Shown here: one piece after another, positions 46,540 to 62,526 of the stretch
Position numbering within the stretch: the stretch's first letter is position 1
Layout of the letters: every line of letters starts with the position of its first letter
Origin: Squalus acanthias
Taxonomy: Eukaryota
Direction: 5' to 3'
DNA: 64,000 nt
Assembly (NCBI GenBank): GCA_030390025.1
Contig: JASTWF010000325.1
Coordinates: forward strand, 186,001 to 250,000
The notes under the pieces: model-generated
Databases searched by the model: none
What the model was told of the DNA's origin: nothing
The model's input: the letters and a program-made list of their open reading frames with translations, nothing else
Made by a program: the position numbers and the translations under genes

Positions 46540-46710
46540 ATTGTACCTGGAGAGTGTAGATTGATTGCACCTGGACAGTGTATATAGATTGCACCTGGAG
46601 ACTGTATATTGATTGTATTTGGACAGTGTATATTGATTCTACCTGGACAATGTATATTAATTGAACCTGGACAGTGTATATTGATTGGACTTCGACAGTG
46701 TATGTAGATT
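46540..46710. repeat. Variant-monomer block C, related to 61030-61125
   Basis: Ordered variants gcacctggagactg, gtatttggac, ttctacctggacaatg, taattgaacc recur at about 61040-61120. The variant ggacttcgacagtgtatgtag at about 46687 recurs at about 48129. Confidence 0.85.
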
Positions 46711-48389
46711 GTACCTGGACAGTGTATATTGATTGTACCTGGACAGTGTATATTGATTGTACCTGGAGAGTGTATATTGATTGTACCTGGACAGTGTATA
46801 TAGATTGTACCTGGACAGTGTATATAGATTGTACCTGAACAGTGCATATAGATTGTACCTGGACAGTGTATATAGATTGTACCTGGACAGTGTATATAGA
46901 TTGTACCTGGACAGTGTATATAGATTGTACCTGGACAGTGTATATTGATTGTACCTGGACAGTGTATATAGATTGTACCTGGACAGTGTATATAGATTGT
47001 ACCTGGACAGTGTATATAGATTGTACCTGGACAGTGTATATAGATTGTACCTGGACAGTGTATATAGATTGTACCTGGACAGTGTATATAGATTGTACCT
47101 GGACAGTGTATATAGATTGTACCTGGACAGTGTATATAGATTGTACCTGGACAGTGTATATATGATTGTACCTGGACAGTGTATATAGATTGTACCTGGA
47201 CAGTGTATATTGATTGTACCTGGACAGTGTATATTGATTGTACCTGGACAGTGTATATAGATTGTACCTGGACAGTGTATATTGATTGTACCTGGACAGT
47301 GTATATAGATTGTACCTGGACAGTGTATATTGATTGTACCTGGACAGTGTATATTGATTGTACCTGGACAGTGTATATAGATTGTACCTGGACAGTGTAT
47401 ATAGATTGTACCTGGACAGTGTATATAGATTGTACCTGGACAGTGTATATAGATTGTACCTGGACAGTGTATATAGATTGTACCTGGACAGTGTATATAG
47501 ATTGTACCTGGACAGTGTATATAGATTGTACCCTGGACAGTGTATATAGATTGTACCTGGACAGTGTATATTGATTGTACCTGGACAGTGTATATAGATT
47601 GTACCTTGACAGTGTATATAGATTGTACCTGGACAGTGTATATAGATTGTACCTGGACAGTGTATATTGATTGTACCTGGACAGTATATATTGATTATAC
47701 CTGGACAGTGTATATAGATTGTACCTGGACAGTGTATATTGATTGTACCTGGACAGTGTATATTGATTGTACCTGGACAGTGTATATAGATTGTACCTGG
47801 ACAGTGTATATTGATTGTAACTGGACAGTGTATATAGATTGTACCTGGACAGTGTATATTGATTGTACCTGGACAGTGTATATTGATTGTACCTGGACAG
47901 TGTATATTGATTGTACCTGGACAGTGTATATTGATTGTACCTGGACAGTGTATATTGATTGTACCTGGACAGTGTATATAGATTGTACCTGGAGAGTGTA
48001 TATTGATTGTACCTGGACAGTGTATATAGATTGTACCTGGACAGTATATATTGATTATACCTGGACAGTGTATATAGATTGTAACTGGATAGTGTATATT
48101 GATTGTACCTGGACAGTGTATATTGAATGGACTTCGACAGTGTATGTAGATTGTACCTGGACAGTGTATATTGATTGTACCTGGACAGTGTATATTGATT
48201 GTACCTGGAGAGTGTATATTGATTGTAACTGGACAATGTATATTGATCGTACCTGGACAGTGTATATTGATTGTAACTGGACAATGTATATTGATCGTAC
48301 CTGGACAGTGTATATTGATTGTACCTGGAGAGTGTATATTGATTGTACCTGGACAGTGTATATAGATTGTACCTGGACAGTGTATATAG

Positions 48390-48935
48390 ATTGTACCTGA
48401 ACAGTGCATATAGATTGTTCCAGGACAGTGTATATAGATTGTACCTGGACAGTGCTTATAGATGGTACCTGTACAGTGTATATAGATTGTACCTGGACAG
48501 TGTATATATGGTTTGTACCTGGACAGTGTGTATAGATTGCACCTGGATATTGCATATAGATTGTACCTGGACAGTGTATATTGATTGTACCTGGACAGTG
48601 TATATAGATTGTACCTGGACACTGTATATTGATTACACCTGGACAGTGTATATAGATTGTACCTGGAGAGTGTTTATTGATTGTACCTGGACAGTGTGTA
48701 TTGATTACACGTGAACAGTGTATATAGATTGCACCTGGACAGTGTATATAGATTGTACCTGGACACTGTATATAGATTGTACCTGGACAGTGTATATAGA
48801 TTGTACCTGGACAGTGTATATAGATTGTACCTGGACAGTGTATATAGATTGTACCTGGACTGTGTATATAGATTGTACCTGGACAGTGTATATTAATTGT
48901 ACCCAACAGTGGATATAGATTGTACCTGGAGAGTG
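48390..48935. repeat. Variant-monomer block A, copy 1
   Basis: Ordered markers ctgaacagtgcata, gttccagg, tatatatggtttg, gattacacc, ggagagtgttt, acgtgaacag, gcacctgg, ggactgtg, aattgtacccaacagtgg (cccaac at 48902). Confidence 0.9.
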
Positions 48936-51900
48936 TATATAGATTGTACCTGGACAGTGTATATTGATTGTACCTGGACAGTGTATATAGATTGTACCTG
49001 GACAGTGTATATTGATTGTACCTGGACAGTGTATATTGATTGTACCTGGACAGTGTATATAGATTGTACCTGGACAGTGTATATTGATTGTACCTGGACA
49101 GTGTATATAGATTGTACCTGGACAGTGTATATAGATTGTACCTGGACAGTGTATATAGATTGTACCTGGACAGTGTATATTGATTGTACCTGGACAGTGT
49201 ATATTGATTGTACCTGGACAGTGTATATAGATTGTACCTGGACAGTGTATATAGATTGTACCTGGACAGTGTATATAGAATGTACCTGGACAGTGTATAT
49301 AGATTGTACCTGGACAGTGTATATAGATTGTACCTGGACAGTGTATATAGATTGTACCTGGACAGTGTATATAGATTGTACCTGGACAGTGTATATTGAT
49401 TGTACCTGGACAGTGTATATAGATTGTACCTGGACAGTGTATATTGATTGTACCTGGACAGTGTATATTGATTGTACCTGGACAGTGTATATAGATTGTA
49501 CCTGGACAGTGTATATAGATTGTACCTGGACAGTGTATATAGATTGTACCTGGACAGTGTATATAGATTGTACCTGGACAGTGTATATTGATTGTACCTG
49601 GACAGTGTATATAGATTGTACCTGGACAGTGTATATTGATTGTACCTGGACAGTGTATATAGATTGTACCTGGACAGTGTATATAGATTGTACCTGGACA
49701 GTGTATATAGATTGTACCTGGACAGTGTATATAGATTGTACCTGGACAGTGTATATAGATTGTACCTGGACAGTGTATATTGATTGTACCTGGACAGTGT
49801 ATATAGATTGTACCTGGACAGTGTATATTGATTGTACCTGGACAGTGTATATAGATTGTACCTGGACAGTGTATATAGATTGTACCTGGACAGTGTATAT
49901 AGATTGTACCTGGACAGTGTATATAGATTGTACCTGGACAGTGTATATAGATTGTACCTGGACAGTGTATATAGATTGTACCTGGACAGTGTATATTGAT
50001 TGTACCTGGACAGTGTATATAGATTGTACCTGGACAGTGTATATTGATTGTACCTGGACAGTGTATATAGATTGTACCTGGACAGTGTATATAGATTGTA
50101 CCTGGACAGTGTATATTGATTGTACCTGGACAGTGTATATAGATTGTACCTGGACAGTGTATATAGATTGTACCTGGACAGTGTATATTGATTGTACCTG
50201 GACAGTGTATATTGATTGTACCTGGACAGTGTATATTGATTGTACCTGGACAGTGTATATTGATTGTACCTGGACAGTGTATATAGATTGTACCTGGACA
50301 GTGTATATAGATTGTACCTGGACAGTGTATATAGATTGTACCTGGACAGTGTATATTGATTGTACCTGGACAGTGTATATAGATTGTACCTGGACAGTGT
50401 ATATTGATTGTACCTGGACAGTGTATATAGATTGTACCTGGACAGTGTATATAGATTGTACCTGGACAGTGTATATAGATTGTACCTGGACAGTGTATTT
50501 TGATTGTACCTGGACAGTGTATATAGATTGTACCTGGACAGTGTATATAGATTGTACCTGGACAGTGTATATTGATTGTACCTGGACAGTGTATATAGAT
50601 TGTACCTGGACAGTGTATATAGATTGTACCTGGACAGTGTATATAGATTGTACCTGGACATTTTATATAGATTGTACCTGGACAGTGTATATAGATTGTA
50701 CCTGGACAGTGTATATTGATTGTACCTGGACAGTGTATATTGATTGTACCTGGACAGTGTATATTGATTGTACCTGGACAGTGTATATAGATTGTACCTA
50801 GACAGTTTATATTGATTGTACCTGGACAGTGTATATTGATTGTACCTGGACAGAGTATATAGATTGTACCTGGACAGTTTATATGGATTGTACCTGGACA
50901 GTGTATATAGATTGTACCTGGACAGTGTATATAGATTGTACCCAACAGTGGATATAGATTGTACCTGGACAGTGTATATAGATTGTACCTGGACAGTTTA
51001 TATGGATTGTACCTGGACAGTGTATATAGATTGTACCTGGACAGTTTATATGGATTGTACCTGGACAGTGTATATAGATTGTCCCTAGACAGTGTATATT
51101 GATTGTACCTGGAGAGTGTATATTGATTGTACCTGGACAGTGTATATTGATTGTACCTGGACAGTGTATATAGATTGTAACTGGACATTGCATATAAATT
51201 TTACCTGGACAGTGTATATTGATTATACCTAGACAGAGTATATAGATTGTACCTGGACAGTGTATATAGATTGTACCTGGACATTGTATATAGATTGTAC
51301 CTGGACAGTGTATATAGATTGTACCTGGACAGTGTATATTGATTGTACCTGGACAGTGTATATAGATTGTACCTGGACAGTGTATATTGATTGTACCTGG
51401 ACAGTGTATATAGATTGTACCTGGACAGTGTATATAGATTGTACCTGGACAGTGTATATTGATTGTACCTGGACAGTGTATATTGATTGTACCTGGACAG
51501 TGTATATAGATTGTACCTGGACAGTGTATATAGATTGTACCTGGACAGTGTATATTGATTGTACCTGGACAGTGTATATTGATTGTACCTGGACAGTGTA
51601 TATAGATTGTACCTGGACAGTGTATATAGATTGTACCTGGACAGTGTATATTGATTGTACCTGGACAGTGTATATTGATTGTACCTGGACAGTGTATATA
51701 GATTGTACCTGGACAGTGTATATAGATTGTACCTGGACAGTGTATATTGATTGTACCTGGACAGTGTATATAGATTGTACCTGGACAGTGTATATAGATT
51801 GTACCTGGACAGTGTATATAGATTGTACCTGGACAGTGTATATAGATTGTACCTGGACAGTGTATTTTGATTGTACCTGGACAGTGTATATAGATTGTAC

Positions 51901-53239
51901 CTGGACAGTGTATATTGATTGTACCTGGACAGTGTATATAGATTGTACCTGGACAGTGTATATTGATTGTACCTGGACAGTGTATATAGATTGTACCTGG
52001 ACAGTGTATATTGATTGTACCTGGACAGTGTATATAGATTGTACCTGGACAGTTTATATGGATTGTACCTGGACAGTGTATATTGATTGTACCTGGACAG
52101 TATATATTGATTATACCTGGACAGTGTATATAGATTGTACCTGGACAGTGTATATAGATTGTACCTGGACAGTGTATATTGATTGTACCTGGACAGTGTA
52201 TTTTGATTGTACCTGGACAGTGTATATAGATTGTACCTGGACTTTGCATATAGATTGTACCTGGACTGTGTATATTGATTGTACCTGGACAGTGTATATT
52301 GATTGTACCTGGACAGTGTATATAGATTGTACCTGGACAGTGTATATAGATTGTACCTGGACAGTGTATATTGATTGTACCTGGACAGTGTATATAGATT
52401 GTACCTGGACAGTGTATATAGATTGTACCTGGACAGTGTATATAGATTGTACCTGGACAGTGTATATAGATTGTACCTGGACAGTGTATATAGATTGTAC
52501 CTGGACAGTGTATATAGATTGTACCTGGACAGTGTATATTGATTGTACCTGGACAGTGTATATAGATTGTACCTGGACAGTGTATATAGATTGTACCTGG
52601 ACAGTGTATATAGATTGTACCTGGACAGTGTATATAGATTGTACCTGGACAGTGTATATAGATTGTACCTGGACAGTGTATATAGATTGTACCTGGACAG
52701 TGTATATTGATTGTACCTGGACAGTGTATATTGATTGTACCTGGACAGTGTATATTGATTGTACCTGGACAGTGTATATAGATTGTACCTGGACAGTGTA
52801 TATAGATTGTACCTGGACAGTGTATATTGATTGTACCTGGACAGTGTATATTGATTGTACCTGGACAGTGTATATTGATTGTACCTGGACAGTGTATATT
52901 GATTGTACCTGGACAGTGTATATAGATTGTACCTGGAGAGTGTATATTGATTGTACCTGGACAGTGTATATTGATTGTACCTGGACAGTGTATATTAATT
53001 GTACCTGGACAGTGTATATTGATTGTACCTGGACAGTGTATATAGATTGTACCTGGACAGTGTATATTGATTGTACCTGGACAGTGTATATTGATTGTAC
53101 CTGGACAGTGTATATTGATTGTAACTGGACAGTGTATATTGATTGTACCTGGACAGTGTATATTGATTGTACCTGGACAGTGTATATTGATTGTACCTGG
53201 ACAGTGTATATAGATTGTACCTGGACAGTGTATATAGAT

Positions 53240-53930
53240 TGTACCTGAACAGTGCATATAGATTGTTCCAGGACAGTGTATATAGATTGTACCTGGACAG
53301 TGTATATAGATTGTACCTGAACAGTGCATATAGATTGTTCCAGGACAGTGTATATTGATTGTACCTGAACAGTGCATATAGATGGTAACTGGGCAGTGTA
53401 TATAGATTGTACCTGGACAGTGTATATAGATTGTACCTGAACAGTGCATATAGATGGTAACTGGGCAGTGTATATAGATTGTACCTGGACAGTGTATATA
53501 TGGTTTGTACCTGGACAGTGTGTATAGATTGTACCTGGACATTGCATATAGATTGTACCTGGACAGTGTATATTGATTGTATTTGGACAGTGTATATAGA
53601 TTCTACCTGGACACTGTATATTGATTACACCTGGACAGTGTATATAGATTGTACCTGGAGAGTGTTTATTGATTGTACCTGGACAGTGTATATTGATTAA
53701 ACGTGAACAGTGTATATAGATTGCACCTGGACAGTGTATATAGATTGTACCTGGACACTGTATATAGATTGTACCTGGACAGTGTATATAGATTGTACCT
53801 GGACAGTGTATATAGATTGTACCTGGACAGTGTATATAGATTGTACCTGGACTGTGTATATAGATTGTACCTGGACAGTGTATATTAATTGTACCCAACA
53901 GTGGATATAGATTGTACCTGGAGAGTGTAT
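53240..53930. repeat. Variant-monomer block A, copy 2
   Basis: Same ordered markers as 48390-48935, with cccaac at 53894 (offset 4992 bp). ORFs 48711..48896 and 53703..53888 translate identically. Confidence 0.9.
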
Positions 53931-56900
53931 ATTGATTGTACCTGGGCAGTGTGTATAGATTGTACCTTGACAGTGTATATTGATTGTACATGGGCAGTGT
54001 ATATAAATTGTACCTGGACAGTGTATATTGATTGTACCTGGACAGTATATATTGATTATACCTGGACAGTGTATATAGATTGTAACTGGATAGTGTATAT
54101 TGATTGTACCTGGACAGTGTATATTGAGTGTACCTGGACAGTGTATATTGATTGTACCTGGACAGTGTATATTGATAGTACCTGGACAGTGTATATTGAT
54201 TGTACCTGAACAGTGTATATTGATTGTACCTGGACAGTGTTTATTGGTTGTACCTGGGCAGTGTATATAGATTGTACCTGGACAGTGTATATTGATTGCA
54301 CCTGGACAGTGTATATTGATTGTACCTGGACAGTGTATATTGATTGTACCTGGACAGTGTATATAGATTGTACCTGGACAGTGTATATTGATTGTACCTG
54401 GACAGTGTATATAGATTGTACCTGGACAGTGTATATAGATTGTACCTGGACAGTGTATATAGATTGTACCTGGACAGTGTATATTGATTGTACCTGGACA
54501 GTGTATATAGATTGTACCTGGACAGTGTATATTGATTGTACCTGGACAGTGTATATTGATTGTACCTGGACAGTGTATATAGATTGTACCTGGACAGTGT
54601 ATATTGATTGTACCTGGACAGTGTATATTGATTGTACCTGGACAGTGTATATTGATTGTACCTGGACAGTGTATATAGATTGTACCTGGACAGTGTATAT
54701 AGATTGTACCTGGACAGTGTATATAGATTGTACCTGGACAGTGTATATAGATTGTACCTGGACAGTGTATATAGATTGTACCTGGACAGTGTGTATAGAT
54801 TGCACCTGGACAGTGTATATAGATTGTACCTGGACAGTGTATATTGATTGTACCTGGACAGTGTATATAGATTGTACCTGGACAGTGTATATTGATTACA
54901 CCTGGACAGTGTATATAGATTGTACCTGGAGAGTGTTTATTGATTGTACCTGGACAGTGTATATTGATTTACCTGGACAGTGTATATAGATTGTACCTGG
55001 ACAGTGTATATAGATTGTACCTGGACAGTGTATATAGATTGTACCTGGACAGTGTATATAGATTGTACCTGGACAGTGTATATAGATTGTACCTGGACAG
55101 TGTATATAGATTGTACCTGGACAGTGTATATAGATTGTACCTGGACAGTGTATATAGATTGTACCAGGACAGTGTATATAGATTGTACCTGACAGTGTAT
55201 ATAGATTGTACCTGGACAGTGTATATTGATTGTACCTGGGACAGTGTATATAGATTGTACCTGGACAGTGTATATTGATTGTACCTGGACAGTGTATATA
55301 GATTGTACCTGGACAGTGTATATTGATTGTACCTGGACAGTGTATATAGATTGTACCTGGACAGTGTATATAGATTGTACCTGGACAGTGTATATAGATT
55401 GTACCTGGACAGTGTATATTGATTGTACCTGGACAGTGTATATAGATTGTACCTGGACAGTGTATATAGATTGTACCTGGACAGTGTATATTGATTGTAC
55501 CTGGACAGTGTATATTGATTGTACCTGGACAGTGTATATAGATTGTACCTGGACAGTGTATATAGATTGTACCTGGACAGTGTATATAGATTGTACCTGG
55601 ACAGTGTATATAGATTGTACCTGGACAGTGTATATAGATTGTACCTGGACAGTGTATATAGATTGTACCTGGACAGTGTATATTGATTGTACCTGGACAG
55701 TGTATATAGATTGTACCTGGACAGTGTATATTGATTGTACCTGGACAGTGTATATTGATTGTACCTGGACAGTGTATATAGATTGTACCTGGACAGTGTA
55801 TATTGATTGTACCTGGACAGTGTATATAGATTGTACCTGGACAGTGTATATAGATTGTACCTGGACAGTGTATATTGATTGTACCTGGACAGTGTATATA
55901 GATTGTACCTGGACAGTGTATATAGATTGTACCTGGACAGTGTATATAGATTGTACCTGGACAGTGTATATAGATTGTACCTGGACAGTGTATATAGATT
56001 GTACCTGGACAGTGTATATAGATTGTACCTGGACAGTGTATATAGATTGTACCTGGACAGTGTATATAGATTGTACCTGGACAGTGTATATTGATTGTAC
56101 CTGGACAGTGTATATAGATTGTACCTGGACAGTGTATATTGATTGTACCTGGACAGTGTATATAGATTGTACCTGGACAGTGTATATAGATTGTACCTGG
56201 ACAGTGTATATTGATTGTACCTGGACAGTGTATATAGATTGTACCTGGACAGTGTATATAGATTGTACCTGGACAGTGTATATTGATTGTACCTGGACAG
56301 TGTATATAGATTGTACCTGGACAGTGTATATAGATTGTACCTGGACAGTGTATATAGATTGTACCTGGACAGTGTATATAGATTGTACCTGGACAGTGTA
56401 TATAGATTGTACCTGGACAGTGTATATAGATTGTACCTGGACAGTGTATATTGATTGTACCTGGACAGTGTATATAGATTGTACCTGGACAGTGTATATA
56501 GATTGTACCTGGACAGTGTATATAGATTGTACCTGGACAGTGTATATAGATTGTACCTGGACAGTGTATATAGATTGTACCTGGACAGTGTATATAGATT
56601 GTACCTGGACAGTGTATATTGATTGTACCTGGACAGTGTATATAGATTGTACCTGGACAGTGTATATAGATTGTACCTGGACAGTGTATATTGATTGTAC
56701 CTGGACAGTGTATATAGATTGTACCTGGACAGTGTATATTGATTGTACCTGGACAGTGTATATAGATTGTACCTGGACAGTGTATATAGATTGTACCTGG
56801 ACAGTGTATATTGATTGTACCTGGACAGTGTATATTGATTGTACCTGGACAGTGTATATAGATTGTACCTGGACAGTGTATATTGATTGTACCTGGACAG

Positions 56901-58274
56901 TGTATATTGATTGTACCTGGACAGTGTATATTGATTGTACCTGGACAGTGTATATTGATTGTACCTGGACAGTGTATATTGATTGTACCTGGAGAGTGTA
57001 TATTGATTGTACCTGGACAGTGTATATTGATTGTACCTGGACAGTGTATATTGATTGTACCTGGACAGTGTATATTGATTGTACCTGGACAGTGTATATA
57101 GATTGTACCTGGACAGTGTATATAGATTGTACCTGGACAGTGTATATAGATTGTACCTGGACAGTGTATATAGATTGTACCTGGACAGTGTATATAGATT
57201 GTACCTGGACAGTGTATATAGATTGTACCTGGACAGTGTATATAGATTGTACCTGGACAGTGTATATAGATTGTACCTGGACAGTGTATATAGATTGTAC
57301 CTGGACAGTGTATATAGATTGTACCTGGACAGTGTATATAGATTGTACCTGGACAGTGTATATTGATTGTACCTGGACAGTGTATATAGATTGTACCTGG
57401 ACAGTGTATATAGATTGTACCTGGACAGTGTATATAGATTGTACCTGGACAGTGTATATAGATTGTACCTGGACAGTGTATATAGATTGTACCTGGACAG
57501 TGTATATTGATTGTACCTGGACAGTGTATATAGATTGTACCTGGACAGTGTATATTGATTGTACCTGGACAGTGTATATTGATTGTACCTGGACAGTGTA
57601 TATAGATTGTACCTGGACAGTGTATATAGATTGTACCTGGACAGTGTATATAGATTGTACCTGGACAGTGTATATAGATTGTACCTGGACAGTGTATATT
57701 GATTGTACCTGGACAGTGTATATAGATTGTACCTGGACAGTGTATATAGATTGTACCTGGACAGTGTATATAGATTGTACCTGGACAGTGTATATTGATT
57801 GTACCTGGACAGTGTATATTGATTATACCTGGACAGTGTATATAGATTGTAACTGGACAGTGTATATTGATTGTACCTGGACAGTGTATATTGATTGTAC
57901 CTGGACAGTGTATATAGATTGTACCTGGACAGTGTATATTGATTGTACCTGGACAGTGTATATTGATTGTACCTGGACAGTGTATATAGATTGTACCTGG
58001 ACATTGTATATAGATTGTACCTGGACAGTGTATATAGATTGTACCTGGACAGTGTATATTGATTGTACCTGGACAGTGTATATAGATTGTACCTGGACAG
58101 TGTATATTGATTGTACCTGGACAGTGTATATAGATTGTACCTGGACAGTGTATATAGATTGTACCTGGACAGTGTATATAGATTGTACCTGGACAGTGTA
58201 TATTGATTGTACCTGGACAGTGTATATAGATTGTACCTGGACAGTGTATATTGATTGTACCTGGACAGTGTATA

Positions 58275-58880
58275 TAGATTGTAACTGGATAGTGTATATA
58301 GATTGTACCTAGACAGTGTATATTGATTGTACCTGGACAGAGTATATAGATTGTACCTGGACAGTGTATATTGATTGTACCTGGACAGAGTATATAGATT
58401 GTACCTGGACAGTTTATATGAATTGTACCTGGACAGTTTATATTGATTGTACCTGGACATTGTATAACAATTGTACCTGGACAGTGTATATAGATTGTAC
58501 CAGGACAGTGTATATTGATTGTACCTGGACAGTGTCTATAGATTGTACCTGGACTGTGTATATTGATTGTACCTGGACAGTGTATGTTGATTGAACCTGG
58601 ACATTGTATAACAATTGTACCTGGACAGTGTATATTGATTGTACCTGGACAGTGTATATAGATTATACCTGGACATATGTATATTGATTGTACCTGGACA
58701 GTGTATATTGATTGTACCTGGACAGTGTATATAGATTGTACCTGGACAGTGTATATCGATTGTACCTGGACAGTGTATATAGATTGTACCTGGACAGTGT
58801 ATATAGATTGTACCTGGACAGTGTATATTGATTGTACATGGACAGTGTATATAGATTATACCTGGACATATGTATATTGA
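58275..58880. repeat. Variant-monomer block B, copy 1
   Basis: Markers gtaactggatag, cctagac, gacagag x2, gtttatatgaatt, cattgtataacaatt x2, accagg, gtgtctata, tatgttgattgaacc, and the 25-bp unit ggacatatgt at 58671 and 58864. Confidence 0.92.
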
Positions 58881-59789
58881 TTGTACCTGGACAGTGTATA
58901 TTGATTGTACCTGGACAGTGTATATAGATTGTACCTGGACAGTGTATATTGATTGTACCTGGACAGTGTATATAGATTGTACCTGGACAGTGTATATAGA
59001 TTGTACCTGGACAGTGTATATAGATTGTACCTGGACAGTGTGTATAGATTGTACCTGGACATTGTATATAGATTGTACCTGGACAGTGTATATAGATTGT
59101 ACCTGGACAGTGTATATAGATTGTACCTGGACAGTGTATATAGATTGTACCTGGACAGTGTATATAGATTGTACCTGGACAGTGTATATTGATTGTACCT
59201 GGACAGTGTATATAGATTGTACCTGGACAGTGTATATTGATTGTACCAGACAGTGTATATTGATTGTACCTGGACAGTGTATATAGATTGTACCTGGACA
59301 GTGTATATTGATTGTACCTGGACAGTGTATATAGATTGTACCTGGACAGTGTATATAGATTGTACCTGGACAGTGTATATTGATTGTACCTGGACAGTGT
59401 ATATAGATTGTACCTGGACAGTGTATATAGATTGTACCTGGACAGTGTATTTAGATTGTACCTGGACAGTGTATATTGATTGTACCTGGACAGTGTATAT
59501 AGATTGTACCTGGACAGTGTATATAGATTGTACCTGGACAGTGTATATTGATTGTACCTGGACAGTGTATATTGATTGTACCTGGACAGTGTATATAGAT
59601 TGTACCTGGACAGTGTATATTGATTGTACCTGGACAGTGTATATAGATTGTACCTGGACAGTGTATATAGATTGTACCTGGACAGTGTATATTGATTGTA
59701 CCTGGACAGTGTATATAGATTGTACCTGGACAGTGTATATAGATTGTACCTGGACAGTGTATATTGATTGTACCTGGACAGTGTATATA

Positions 59790-59980
59790 GATTATACCTG
59801 GACAGTCTATATAGATTGTACCTGGACAGTGAATATAGATTTTACCTGGACAGTGTATATAGTTTGTACCTGGACAGTGTATATTGATTGTACATGGAAT
59901 GTGTATATAGATTGTACCTGGACAGTGTATATTGATTGTACCTGGACAGTCTATATTGATTGTACCTGGACTGTGTATAT
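59790..59980. repeat. Variant-monomer block D, copy 1 (copy 2 at about 63350-63535)
   Basis: Markers cagtctata, cagtgaatatagatttta, agtttgtacc, acatggaatgtg, cagtctatattg, ggactgtg occur in the same order at both sites, offset about 3558 bp. Confidence 0.88.
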
Positions 59981-61304
59981 TGATTGTACCTGGACAGTGT
60001 ATATTGATTGTACCTGGACAGTGTATATTGATTGTACCTGGACAGTGTATAATGATTGTAGCTGGACAGTGTATATTGATTGTACCTGGACAGTGTATAT
60101 ACATTGTACCTGGATAGTGTATATTGATTGTACCTGGACAGTATATATAGATTGTACCTGGACAGTGTATATTGATTGTACCTGGACAGTGTATATAGAT
60201 TGTACCTGGACAGTGTATATTGATTGTACCTGGACAGTGTATATTGATTGTACCTGGACAGTATATATAGATTGTACCTGGACAGTGTATATAGATTGTA
60301 CCTGGACAGTGTATATAGATTGTACCTGGACAGTGTATATAGATTGTCCCTGGACATTGCATATAGATTTTACCTGGACAGTGTATTTTGATTGTACCTG
60401 GACAGTGTATATAGATTGTACCTGGACAGTGTATATTGATTGTACCTGGACAGTGTATATAGATTGTAACTGGATAGTGTATATAGATTGTACCTAGACA
60501 GTGTATATTGATTGTACCTGGACAGTGTATATAGATTGTACCTGGACAGTGTATATTGATTGTACCTGGACAGTGCATATAAATTTTACCTGGACAGTGT
60601 ATATTGATTGTACATGGACAGAGTATATTGATTGTAACTGGACAGTGTATATTGATTGTACCAGGACAGTGTATATTGATTATACTTGGACAGAGTATAT
60701 AGATTGTACCTGGACAGTGTATATAGATTGTACCTGGACATTGTATATAGATTGTACCTGGACAGTGTATATAGATTGTACCTGGACAGTGTATTTTGAT
60801 TGTACCTGGACAGTGTATATAGATTGTACCTGGACAGTGTATATAGATTGTACCTGGACGGTGTATATTGATGGTACCTGGACAGTGTATATAGATTGTA
60901 CCTAGACAGTGTATATTGATTGTACCTGGACAGTGTATATAGATTGTAACTGGACAGTGCATATAAATTTTACCTGGACAGTGTATATTGATTGTACCTG
61001 GACAGTGTATATTGATTGTACCTGGACAGTGTATATGGATTGCACCTGGCGACTGTATATTGATTGTATTTGGACAGTGTATATTGATTCTACCTGGACA
61101 ATGTATATTAATTGAACCTGGACAGTGTATATTGATTGTACCTGGACAGTGTATATTGATTGTACCTGGAGAGTGTATATTGATTGTAACTGGACAATGT
61201 ATATTGATCGTACCTGGACAGTGTATATTGATTGTACCTGGAGAGTGTATATTGATTGTACCTGGACAGTGTATATAGATTGTACCTGGACAGTGTATAT
61301 AGAT

Positions 61305-61910
61305 TGTACCTGAACAGTGCATATAGATTGTTCCAGGACAGTGTATATAGATGGTAACTGGACAGTGTATATATGGTTTGTACCTGGACAGTGTGTATAG
61401 ATTGTACCTGGACATTGCAGATAGATTGTACCTGGACAGTGCATATAGATTGTACCTGGACAGTGTATATATGGTTTGTACCTGGACAGTGTATATTGAT
61501 TGTATTTGGACAGTGTATATAGATTGTACCTGGACACTGTATATTGATTACACCTGGACAGTGTATTTAGATTGTACCTGGAGAGTGTTTATTGATTGTA
61601 CCTGGACAGTGTATATTGATTAAACGTGAACAGTGTATATAGATTGCACCTGGACAGTGTATATAGATTGTACCTGGATACTGTATATTGATTACACCTG
61701 GACAGTGTATTTAGATTGTACCTGGAGAGTGTTTATTGATTGTACCTGGACAGTGTATATTGATTAAACGTGAACAGTGTATATAGATTGCACCTGGACA
61801 GTGTATATAGATTGTACCTGGACAGTGTATATAGATTGTACCTGGACTGTGTATATAGATTGTACCTGGACAGTGTATATTAATTGTACCCAACAGTGGA
61901 TATAGATGGT
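61305..61910. repeat. Variant-monomer block A, copy 3
   Basis: Same ordered markers, with cccaac at 61889 (7995 bp from copy 2). It contains an internal 144-bp duplication. Confidence 0.9.
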
Positions 61911-62526
61911 ACCTGGACAGTGTATATAGATTGTACCTGGGCAGTGTATATAAATTGTACCTGGACAGTGTATATTGATTGTACCTGGACAGTATATATT
62001 GATTATACCTGGACAGTGTATATAGATTGTAACTGGATAGTGTATATTGATTGTACCTGGACAGTGTATATTGAGTGTACCTGGACAGTGTTTATAGATT
62101 GTACCTGGATATCTTATATGGATTGTACCTGGACAGTGTATATTGATTGTACCTGGACAGTGTATATAGATTTTACCTGGACATTGTATATAGATTGTAC
62201 CTGGACAGTGTATATAGATTGTACCTGGACAGTGTATATTGATTGTACCTGGACAGTGTATATAGATTGTACCTGGACAGTGTATTTTGATTGTACCTGG
62301 ACAGTGTATATAGATTGTACCTGGACAGTGTATATAGATTGTACCTGGACATTTCATATAGATTGTACCTGGACAGTGTATTTTGATTGTACCTGGACAG
62401 TGTATATAGATTGTACCTGGACAGTGTATATTGATTGTACCTGGACAGTGTATATAGATTGTAACTGGATAGTGTATATAGATTGTACCTAGACAGTGTA
62501 TATTGATTGTACCTGGACAGTGTATA

